Positions 16,757-24,209 of a stretch of DNA of 32,000 bases are shown here, in pieces. Position numbers and translations under genes: made by a program. Each line of letters starts with the position of its first letter. Positions within the stretch are counted from its first letter, which is position 1. Origin of the DNA: an uncultured Nitrososphaerota archaeon (GTDB taxonomy: Archaea; Korarchaeota; Korarchaeia; Korarchaeales; Korarchaeaceae). A model generated the notes under the pieces. It did not search any database. It was not told the DNA's origin and saw only the letters and a list, made by a program, of their open reading frames with translations. The stretch spans positions 18,943 through 50,942 of the forward strand of contig CAYZRF010000014.1 in the NCBI GenBank assembly GCA_964480775.1, in the 5' to 3' direction.

Positions 16757-17801
16757 CTTTAACCTCAGAGGGCAACATATGCTTGTGGATTGTTCCTTCA
16801 TGAATTGATGCAATTACTTGCCTAGCTAGTGCCTTATCCATGCCTCCAAATTCTTCAAAGTTGTTTGAGTCTGTTTCAAATTTTACAGATGTGCCCTCTA
16901 ACAAAGCCAAGACGTTCTCAACGAAGTAAACATCATACTCATTGAAGTTCATCTTATTCTCCTCTTCGTCAATTATCCAAACCCCAATATCTGGATATCT
17001 CCTCACTTTAGAAGCGTGATTTATACCTAAAACTGGAACGACTTCAATATTCTCGTTTCTTAAGGCCCAAAGTTTTGCAAAGCCATCACATTGCCAGTAA
17101 AACATTTCTGAGCTCGCACCGGTAAGCCACGCAAACTGTTTAGGATTTACACCTTTAAATGAGACTTCAAACCGTATCTTTATGTCTTTAAGATCACGAA
17201 GCGTATTCAAATTTATCTCAGAGCCAGGTTTTCCTATTGCGATGCCGTTTGTTTGAATAATAATCTCAAGATTTGTCAAAGTTTTTACGAAATATTCGAC
17301 CTCTTGCTCGACAACTCTTTGACATACTGAGAGTAGCTTTTCGCGATTATTTAGAGTTTTAAGAACCTCGTTGAGATGCTGCCATTGTAAAGTAGGCTCA
17401 TTTCCGGTAATTCTAAGACTTTTAAAATCTTTCCATCTTTTTCTGATCCAATCATCGTTTCTAAGAGTTTTCAATCTGCAAAATAGATCGGCTATGACTT
17501 GCTCCGGAGTTTTGCGTATGCTACGGCCTTTTTTTATGTTATAGGCCCAACAAAACTTACAATTCAAGTTACACCCCTTGAAATCTAAGACTAGCTCTGG
17601 ATAATTCGTCCTGAACCTAGTTCCGCAAAGAGCTACGCACCTGTGTTCTTTATGAACCTCACAACTCCAACAGGGGTCGCGTCCCCATCCACCCCAGCAC
17701 TTTCTACTATGCCACCGATTATCCCACTGCATATCTGAGTATATGCCTATTGTCATGAAATTGCTCACCGCGAATGATTTGCAATATCCAAATATTTTCA
17801 A
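16737..17801 (-). CDS. Radical-SAM enzyme with extra N-terminal Cys cluster (TYW1/Taw1-like layout)
   Basis: CX3CX2C motif CNLNCKFCW, preceded by CWGGWGRDPCWSCEVHKEHRC. Also ITGNEPTLQ and IIQTNG. The start may be the internal MTIG at 17756. Confidence 0.75.
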   Translation of the reverse strand: MKIFGYCKSFAVSNFMTIGIYSDMQWDNRWHSRKCWGGWGRDPCWSCEVHKEHRCVALCGTRFRTNYPELVLDFKGCNLNCKFCWAYNIKKGRSIRKTPEQVIADLFCRLKTLRNDDWIRKRWKDFKSLRITGNEPTLQWQHLNEVLKTLNNREKLLSVCQRVVEQEVEYFVKTLTNLEIIIQTNGIAIGKPGSEINLNTLRDLKDIKIRFEVSFKGVNPKQFAWLTGASSEMFYWQCDGFAKLWALRNENIEVVPVLGINHASKVRRYPDIGVWIIDEEENKMNFNEYDVYFVENVLALLEGTSVKFETDSNNFEEFGGMDKALARQVIASIHEGTIHKHMLPSEVKARHISP

Positions 17802-17818
17802 GTTTTCAAGATTAGTTA

Positions 17819-18709
17819 TTGAGAGATCAGATGGCAGATATATTTCAGAGAATTGAGATTAGAGAGGATTCTGATTCTTTTTTAGCAAGGATAATTATTG
17901 CAGGTGAATGGGAGGGCAATTTGGAAAAAGCAAAAGAACTCTTTGAAAGAGTCTATGAAACATGGCCAAGTAGTCACAAAGTCAAATTTCTCATTACGTG
18001 TGGTGGTTATGTTCAGTTTGACTGGCCCTCATCAATATCAAGAGAGGATATTGGAGACAACATAAATCCAAGAAAAGAAATTGTTGATCTATTGGTTAAG
18101 GAAGCTGAAAAATGCGCCCAATATGTTTTAGATGATAGTGTAGCTGAGAAATACAGTGAAATTACTGATTACATTACGCTAGGTATAGATTCATTCAAGG
18201 AAAAGATATCAACGACCCAGAATTACATAAGCCAACTTCATATTGAGCTGGTGTTTCTGATTGATCTAAAAAACAACAAGTTCTACTGGACGGGGAAATC
18301 TTACCCAACGCCTGGTCAACAAAGAGGGTTAGTTAGAATTTCCGATCTAAAAACGCATTTCTTCAACCTAGATGTCGGAAAGGTCATGATTCTGGGATGT
18401 CATGACTTAACGATTTTCAATCCCAGATCAAAGAATGCAAGAGGGTGGAAAGAAAGGGTAAACAGAGAATTTAGGGAGTTGGCTATGGAGGAAAAGCCAG
18501 AAATCGTATTACAGCATCCTCATACAACTGATTCTGTACTAACTTGGGCTGCAGCTTGGAAAGGCTTAGTGAGAGAAGTTCCATCGGTAAGGGTATATGC
18601 TAGCGCAGGAAAATACTACAGGCCCGAGGGTGTGCGTTCCAGACTAAATGACGTCCTTGAGAAGACGGAACGTGGCAACGCTTTGGATTTCATTGTTTGG
18701 ATGAAATGA
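17819..18709 (+). CDS. Hypothetical protein (296 aa), divergent partner of the radical-SAM gene
   Basis: Long ORF with protein-like composition and no overlap with other coding. I recognised no confident family; local strings are ILGCHDLTIFNP and LQHPHTTD. Confidence 0.5.
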   Translation: MRDQMADIFQRIEIREDSDSFLARIIIAGEWEGNLEKAKELFERVYETWPSSHKVKFLITCGGYVQFDWPSSISREDIGDNINPRKEIVDLLVKEAEKCAQYVLDDSVAEKYSEITDYITLGIDSFKEKISTTQNYISQLHIELVFLIDLKNNKFYWTGKSYPTPGQQRGLVRISDLKTHFFNLDVGKVMILGCHDLTIFNPRSKNARGWKERVNREFRELAMEEKPEIVLQHPHTTDSVLTWAAAWKGLVREVPSVRVYASAGKYYRPEGVRSRLNDVLEKTERGNALDFIVWMK

Positions 18710-18891
18710 ACTGTTACGAGCTTAATACCGGATTATGGAACCAATATTACTTTTATCCTAGCATCTATCTCACAAGCGTTCTTTAGTTAGGAAGCAAACG
18801 GGAACGATCCAAGCTTTTGTTTTAATTATAAAAAAGATTATATGAATTCAAATAAGACACTGCTCAGAGCCTAATGACCTAATGTTTAGAC

Positions 18892-20055
18892 TTGGGGGTG
18901 GGATTCCTGACAGAATTGGGCGCAATAATAAATGTAGCATCTTTCCGCCGAAATCCTCATCTAAAAACTCTATTTCAAAGAGGTCTTTGGGGCTTTTCTG
19001 AGCGGTATAGAAAAAGATGGAAGTTATTGAGCAAAGGAACAAGAGTTCTCTTTTACGGGGATAAGGGAATTAGAATAGCGGGCATGGTAGAAAGTACGGT
19101 AGAAAATCGTGAACCTGTTGATGAATGGGTTAAGGATCCAATGGGCTACCCCTACCAAGCTATCTTCAGCTTACTCAACAAAAATGTAGAGAGTGTGAAA
19201 CCAATATGGAGAGTCGAGTTAGTGGAGAAGTTTGGCATTCCATTGGCCAAACAAGGGTTTAGAGGGACTGGATTAGTGTTGTTTGGTGATGTCAACAAAG
19301 AGGGTATTACATATCCAATTGAGAAATTTAATGAAATATGGAGCGAATTCTTGAGAAGGAATGACCTTAAGCCCTCTGACAGAGTTGAAGAGTTAAAGGA
19401 GGTTCACCCTCCTTCAAAAATAGAAGAATATGTGAGTCACGCAAGAGAACTGTTACGAAAATATCCTGATATGAGCGAAGCGACCACTATTTCCGCCCTA
19501 ATAGACCCTCTATTGGAGCTGCTAGGATGGAATACGAGGAATCCGGATGAGGTTCAAAGAGAATTCAAAGTTAGGGGGCGCAAGGGGTTTGAACATGTGG
19601 ATATGGCTCTCATGATCGATGGAAAACCTCACGTCTTCATAGAAGTAAAATCTTCAGGTAGTCTGCTTGAAGAAGGGGATGAAATACAAGTAACAAGCTA
19701 TGCCTTCAATAGTGGAGTAGATTGGTGTGTTCTAACGAATGGTCGTGAGATAAGAGTTTATGACATCACGGGAGGAAAAAGCCTACGAGAAAAATTGTTG
19801 TTCACAGCAAGCATAGATGAGTACATAGAAAATTTTGACAAGATAATGCTTCTTTCAAAAGAAAGCGTTAAGCTAGGAAGATTGCGTGAGTGGAGTCTGA
19901 GAAGATTGACTTTAGAAAAAATTATCAACTATATTGAGCAGAAGGAACAAGAAATCGTCGAGGAACTTCTTAGATCTGATGGGAGGTTAAGTAAAGAGGC
20001 TGTCAGAGGGGTCCTTAGGACAATCATCGACCATTGTAGGAAAATAGAAATGTAG
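18892..20055 (+). CDS. EVE/PUA-like N-domain fused to an HsdR-N/Mrr-type PD-(D/E)xK nuclease domain
   Basis: The C-terminal half has LIDPLLELLGW..GFEHVDMALMIDGKPHVFIEVKSSG..QVTSYAF..WCVLTNGREIRVYD, the type I R-subunit N-terminal nuclease pattern. The N-terminal LWGFSERYRKRWKLLSKGTRVLFYGD resembles the McrB-like N-domain. The start codon is non-ATG (TTG/GTG) and uncertain. Confidence 0.7.
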   Translation: MGVGFLTELGAIINVASFRRNPHLKTLFQRGLWGFSERYRKRWKLLSKGTRVLFYGDKGIRIAGMVESTVENREPVDEWVKDPMGYPYQAIFSLLNKNVESVKPIWRVELVEKFGIPLAKQGFRGTGLVLFGDVNKEGITYPIEKFNEIWSEFLRRNDLKPSDRVEELKEVHPPSKIEEYVSHARELLRKYPDMSEATTISALIDPLLELLGWNTRNPDEVQREFKVRGRKGFEHVDMALMIDGKPHVFIEVKSSGSLLEEGDEIQVTSYAFNSGVDWCVLTNGREIRVYDITGGKSLREKLLFTASIDEYIENFDKIMLLSKESVKLGRLREWSLRRLTLEKIINYIEQKEQEIVEELLRSDGRLSKEAVRGVLRTIIDHCRKIEM

Positions 20056-20220
20056 GATCCATTCATTCCTTAGGATATCATTCCATGGATAATGAAATGT
20101 CTACGATTAACCCAAAAGAGGGCTGTTTTTCTTGGATAGTAAAGGTCTTTCCATCTCTACTAATATTGAGAGAAAGCTAAGGAAGAGTGAGAAACCACAT
20201 ATCTCAACTCTCCTTTTAAC

Positions 20221-20403
20221 TTAAATTGTCTTTGTAAACCCTCTAATAAAGGACGAAACAAGCTTAGATAGGATTTTCCTTTTTGAGGAGATGGCCGCTA
20301 TTGCGCACATTAACAAAGGTTCTTCTCCAGGACCCCCGCTCTCATCCACATATATTATGCATTTTTTCTTTCTAGTGTTTAACTCTGTAGGCTTATGACT
20401 CAA
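20221..20403 (-). pseudogene. Probable N-terminal remnant of a DUF3800-like gene
   Basis: CIIYVDESGGPGEEPLLMCAIAA resembles the YIDESG N-terminus of DUF3800 proteins. The ORF stops after 60 codons, and the downstream 165 bp carry no continuation in any frame. Confidence 0.3.
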
Positions 20404-20546
20404 GTTAGAGTCTCCTTAAGCCAGCTCATATATTCTGGTCTAGTAAATCTATATAGAACGTCCCTTCTAATCCTCTCTCTGGTTATGAGGTTTTCCTCCG
20501 TTCCCTTTTGACATTCTAGTTATCCATGGGCTCAGAGGGAACTTAT

Positions 20547-20711
20547 TTATTCTAAATACTTTTGATACCATCCAAAGTCCTGTCTCCATTGATGTTTGCT
20601 TCTTTCAGCCCATATTCTGAAGGCTTCTCGTTCATGCATTTCAAACTCCTTAGAAGTGCAGTTATCGACCTTGTAGAAGTGCTCAACAAGATCCTTCCTT
20701 AATGAATTCAT
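20547..20711 (-). CDS. Possible 54-aa protein
   Basis: The ATG..TAA ORF is MNSLRKDLVEHFYKVDNCTSKEFEMHEREAFRIWAERSKHQWRQDFGWYQKYLE. Its composition is protein-like and it is below the track cutoff. No family recognised. Confidence 0.25.
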   Translation of the reverse strand: MNSLRKDLVEHFYKVDNCTSKEFEMHEREAFRIWAERSKHQWRQDFGWYQKYLE

Positions 20712-20806
20712 GTGCTCTTTGAGATAGGCTTATTTTGAAATAATGGTTGATTAAATCGTTCTAACCTACTGAGGGATTTTATTTTTTATTAACACTATGA
20801 AAATAG

Positions 20807-21793
20807 ATGAGCTTATCTCACAGAAACTACAAATGGATAAAAAATAAGCTGGATAATCTTCAGAAAATTTCAGAGGAATTAGTAGAAATCTGTAGAAAGG
20901 TTAGATGTCCCGGAGTTAATGATCCTGCCAAGTGCAATCCAGCTCACGAATGGACTGCTATAAAGCTCCTTTTCATTGCTGGATACGTTCCGACCTATAC
21001 CTCAATCATAGCAAATCGATATGTGGCTAAAGGAAATCCCATGTACTACATAGACTTATTCGCCGGCTGTGGGCTTAACAGGATAGAGGAAGACTTCACC
21101 TTTCCAGGATCTCCTTTGATAGCAGCAGCTTTCGCAAGAAGTCCTTTCACTAAGATAATTGCCGTAGAGAAGAGGAGAGATTTAGTGAAGGCCTTAAGAA
21201 TGCGGCTAAATAAGGTGCTTCCCTCAGGAGATTATGTAGTGTATAGAGGAGATTGCAATGAGATTGTGGAAAGAATAGAGGAAAGGTTGAGTAGGAAGAA
21301 GGGCCATTATTTGATGTTTGTTGATCCCTTTGGATTCGAGATCAATTGGAAAACTATGGAAGCACTCCTAAAGTATCCTGGAGATGTTATAGTACTTTTT
21401 CAAGCTAGAGAAGCCATTAGGAATCTCAACAAGGCTGAAAAAAGCAGGTTGAAAGCCTTCTTTGGTGAAGAGGAGCTAAATTTTGAAAACGAGGAGGAGA
21501 TGCTAAGGCATTATTCAGATAAGCTGAAAAGAGTTGGAACTATAGGAGTTAGAAGGGAGATAGTCATTCCAGTAAAGATAGCTCTAATGAAAGGTATTCA
21601 TTACTACCTGATCTTTGCCACCAGGAGGACGAGAGAGGGAAGCCCATGGATAAGATGCATCCACAGCCTAAAGGAGAAGTTGGAAAAAGCTCGACCTCAC
21701 TACGTTAAGGTTGCAATCGGGGCACTTAAGGGAAATGTAAAGGATCTTGAGGAGTTCTTTGAAGAAGATGCAAATCTCACAAAATACCTTTAG
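20807..21793 (+). CDS. TcmP-like (three-Cys-motif partner protein) methyltransferase-fold protein
   Basis: HEWTAIKLLFIAGYVPTYTSII..YYIDLFAGCGLN matches the remembered TcmP pattern WT..KL....Y...Yt.I....y.D.FAG.G. MFVDPFGFE is a DPPY-like motif IV as in RlmJ-type enzymes. Confidence 0.6.
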   Translation: MSLSHRNYKWIKNKLDNLQKISEELVEICRKVRCPGVNDPAKCNPAHEWTAIKLLFIAGYVPTYTSIIANRYVAKGNPMYYIDLFAGCGLNRIEEDFTFPGSPLIAAAFARSPFTKIIAVEKRRDLVKALRMRLNKVLPSGDYVVYRGDCNEIVERIEERLSRKKGHYLMFVDPFGFEINWKTMEALLKYPGDVIVLFQAREAIRNLNKAEKSRLKAFFGEEELNFENEEEMLRHYSDKLKRVGTIGVRREIVIPVKIALMKGIHYYLIFATRRTREGSPWIRCIHSLKEKLEKARPHYVKVAIGALKGNVKDLEEFFEEDANLTKYL

Positions 21794-22773
21794 GGAATAC
21801 AGTTACACCTGACTCCTTTCCAGTCTGGAGCTTTTCCAGGATTATAAAGAAGTTCTAGTTTCTCCATCTGCATCCATAGGTTCAAGGTCTCCTTACACAA
21901 AGCCAAATCACCTTTGAAGTCATGAGCTCTGATCTCCTTCAGAACATGTTGATACATATCTTTCCTTAACTCAGCGTTCATTTTAAGTCCCCATCCTGTC
22001 TTCTCTCCTCCTCTCAAGTAATCAACCCACTTCCTGTCCTTTGCGTACTTTATCGTCTTCCATAAGCCTCTTAACGTTCCAAGAGTTATCCTTGTAGGAT
22101 TCAGCTCATATCCTTCGAAAATCTCAGATACTAAAGAGGAATACTCTTCCCTCCATCCTGGGACAGGGATCATGGGATCTAGCCTAAGTCTGAGTTCAAA
22201 TCCTGCTTCTTGGACGAGTTTTGCTGCTTTCATCCTTTCTTCAGGAGGAGGCGTCCCTCTCTCATACAGCTTTGCTGGTAGAGAAGCATTCAGGGAGAAG
22301 CTAACCACTAGGCTTCTCTTGTCTCCTTTCCACTCAAATAAGGGACCGATGTGCTTAACTCCTCCCTTAGTAACGAAAAGGAATTTGTGTCCAGGATGCC
22401 TTGAGATAGATTCTGAGATTACATCCAGAAGAATTCTTGTCCACTCTATGATCGCTAAACTATCAGAAAGTTCTCCGGTGTTAAGCATTACTTTCAGACT
22501 TTTGGAGTCAGCCCAAGTTAAGAAATCTTCAAGCTCGTTTCTAAGCCCTTCAACATTCTTTATTCTAGGACTCTTATTCCCGAAGAAGGTACCTTGCAAA
22601 TAACAATAGGAACAACCGAATGGGCATCCGTTAGCCCATTTTAGTTCGAAGAAATGTGGACAAACTATATCCTCTGGGGTTTTGGAGAAGTAAACGATAT
22701 ATCTTGATTTCATCCATTTAAGTGGAACGAGCATTGGCTTAAGTTCAATTTCATCCTTCTGATTCATGATCAC
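21790..22773 (-). CDS. Spore-photoproduct-lyase-family radical-SAM enzyme (COG1533-like)
   Basis: ANGCPFGCSYCYLQGT matches SPL GCxxxCxYCYLQ. NTGELSDSLAI matches SPL GTGEFTDSLAL. ITLGTLR is also present. Length 327 aa. Confidence 0.75.
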   Translation of the reverse strand: MIMNQKDEIELKPMLVPLKWMKSRYIVYFSKTPEDIVCPHFFELKWANGCPFGCSYCYLQGTFFGNKSPRIKNVEGLRNELEDFLTWADSKSLKVMLNTGELSDSLAIIEWTRILLDVISESISRHPGHKFLFVTKGGVKHIGPLFEWKGDKRSLVVSFSLNASLPAKLYERGTPPPEERMKAAKLVQEAGFELRLRLDPMIPVPGWREEYSSLVSEIFEGYELNPTRITLGTLRGLWKTIKYAKDRKWVDYLRGGEKTGWGLKMNAELRKDMYQHVLKEIRAHDFKGDLALCKETLNLWMQMEKLELLYNPGKAPDWKGVRCNCIP

Positions 22774-22868
22774 ATTACCTCTCTTCTGCTTAAATATTAA
22801 GTCTATCTGGGAAAAGTTTTTCGATCTTTTTCTTCAAAAAAGATGCCTAACAGATTTAGGTAAGTTAG

Positions 22869-23204
22869 AATCAAAAACTCACCAAAATAAGGGGCTATAC
22901 AAGAAGTTATAGAGATCTTTCCGGAGGAGAACGAACTGAGATAGCCCTCGCTTATCGAATAGGCCTTGGAAATGCCATATACGAAGCAAGAACTGGCAGA
23001 CCAATGGAGCTAATAATCTTAGATGAGCCCACGGAAAACCTTGGAAATGAAGAAGAGGATCCTGCAATAGAGAGGCTTGCTCAGATGCCAGCGAACCTTA
23101 AAGTAAGACAAGTTATTGTAATAACTCATGATCAGACCTTTGCCAGATACGCAGAACACGTTATTCAAGTACGGAATGTGGATGAGAGGTCTCAAATAAG
23201 TTAA
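22869..23204 (+). pseudogene. C-terminal remnant of a Rad50/SbcC/SMC-type ABC ATPase
   Basis: An open frame without a start reads LSGGERTEIALAYRIGLGNAI (signature motif), LIILDEPTENLG (Walker B/D-loop) and VIVITHD (H-loop). The Walker A and coiled-coil parts are absent, and TAG at 22866-22868 closes the frame upstream. Confidence 0.7.
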
Positions 23205-23324
23205 TGATGTCTCTACAATAATCCTTTCGAAAAAGTGTGTATTGCTTGCAATTTCTCGTCGATGATCGATTTTGAGTGAAAAGGATTAAGTCAAAAACAT
23301 ATTGTGGAGATGGGGTGAATTAGA

Positions 23325-24209
23325 TTGAGTTTGGCTGAGAAGCTTTCTAGATTTAGTATTTGTTACAAAATGTCGCACATTATTTATGTCAAGAGTATAG
23401 GGCTACCGGATGATTTCAACAGAATAAGGAGAGATCCTCTATCAGCGATGTTCTATTTTACTGTCTTTTGTCACGAAAGAGCGGGAACTAATCCAAATTT
23501 TCAGAAATATCATCGTGTTTCAATAAGAAGAGCTCTGATTAAGAGTAAAGAACACGTAGATGGCACAAGCTTTTCATCCGCTTTAAAAAGTAAGGAATTC
23601 CCAGAAAAAGTCTGGAAAGAATTTAGATCCCTTGTAAAACAGGCAGGATCCAAACCAAATGCTAAGATAACGATAGGGCCTGTGTACTTTATTCTTAAGG
23701 AAATGCAAGGAGAGAAAGAACCAAACATAATAAGACTCTTAGAGAAGAAGGGAATCGTTGGTGCACACGAGTTTCTTAGGAAGATCCAAGGAATTGGAGA
23801 TAAGGTGAGCGCTCTTATTTTAAGAGATTTTCAATCATTTCTAAGTCTATGGCAAGTTCCGAAAGAAGAAAGGTGGAGGCTTCAGCCAGTAGATAGATGG
23901 GTTAGAAGGTTTTCAGAATTATGTTGGCCCAACGAATTCTCGGCCTACAATAAAAGGGCCAAAGGTAGTCAAATGGCGTTGCTAATTGTAGAGTGCTGCG
24001 AGAATGAGAAAATTAACCCAATATCATTTAATCAGGGTGCATGGTTTGTTGGTAACCGTTACACCGAGCTGTGCAAATTTCATGGGATAAGTGAGGAGGA
24101 GAGTCTTAATTTGGAAGAGTGTATAATGAAATTTAACGAAGAATGGGTAGCATCTGCCATTAAAAAGTTCGGAGAATTGAAGGAAAAAGGTGAAATCTTT
24201 ACTTTATAA
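23325..24209 (+). CDS. HhH-GPD-superfamily DNA glycosylase-like protein
   Basis: FLRKIQGIGDKVSALILRDF is a helix-hairpin-helix with Lys at the EndoIII K120-like position. LQPVDRWVRRF follows about 30 aa later, resembling VDTHVxR with the catalytic Asp. The start may be ATG 23370. Confidence 0.55.
   Translation: MSLAEKLSRFSICYKMSHIIYVKSIGLPDDFNRIRRDPLSAMFYFTVFCHERAGTNPNFQKYHRVSIRRALIKSKEHVDGTSFSSALKSKEFPEKVWKEFRSLVKQAGSKPNAKITIGPVYFILKEMQGEKEPNIIRLLEKKGIVGAHEFLRKIQGIGDKVSALILRDFQSFLSLWQVPKEERWRLQPVDRWVRRFSELCWPNEFSAYNKRAKGSQMALLIVECCENEKINPISFNQGAWFVGNRYTELCKFHGISEEESLNLEECIMKFNEEWVASAIKKFGELKEKGEIFTL

Noticed and set aside
16737-17801. Calling the radical-SAM enzyme a prokaryotic viperin or QueE
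   Set aside because: The extra N-terminal Cys cluster and the FCW context fit a TYW1-like layout better. I could not identify the viperin C-terminal nucleotide-binding motifs or the QueE-specific features.
17819-18709. Assigning the 296-aa protein to the carbon-nitrogen hydrolase (ILGCHDLTIFNP resembling the nitrilase Cys loop) or metallophosphoesterase (GCHD / HPHT) families
   Set aside because: Only isolated strings match. The catalytic Glu/Lys of nitrilases and the N-terminal DxH/GDxxD motifs of phosphoesterases are not identifiable. It is left as unknown.
18848-19042. ORF 18848-19042(-)
   Set aside because: Antisense to the 5' end of the EVE-like nuclease gene.
22172-23067. ORFs 22172-22603(+) and 22879-23067(-)
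   Set aside because: Antisense to the SPL-like gene and to the Rad50-like remnant respectively. Both give Ser/Leu-rich shadow translations.
23205-23300. Possible C/D-box sRNA (AATGATGT ... CGATGATCG)
   Set aside because: The boxes do not match RUGAUGA/CUGA. No D or D' box lies at the right spacing, and there is no terminal stem.
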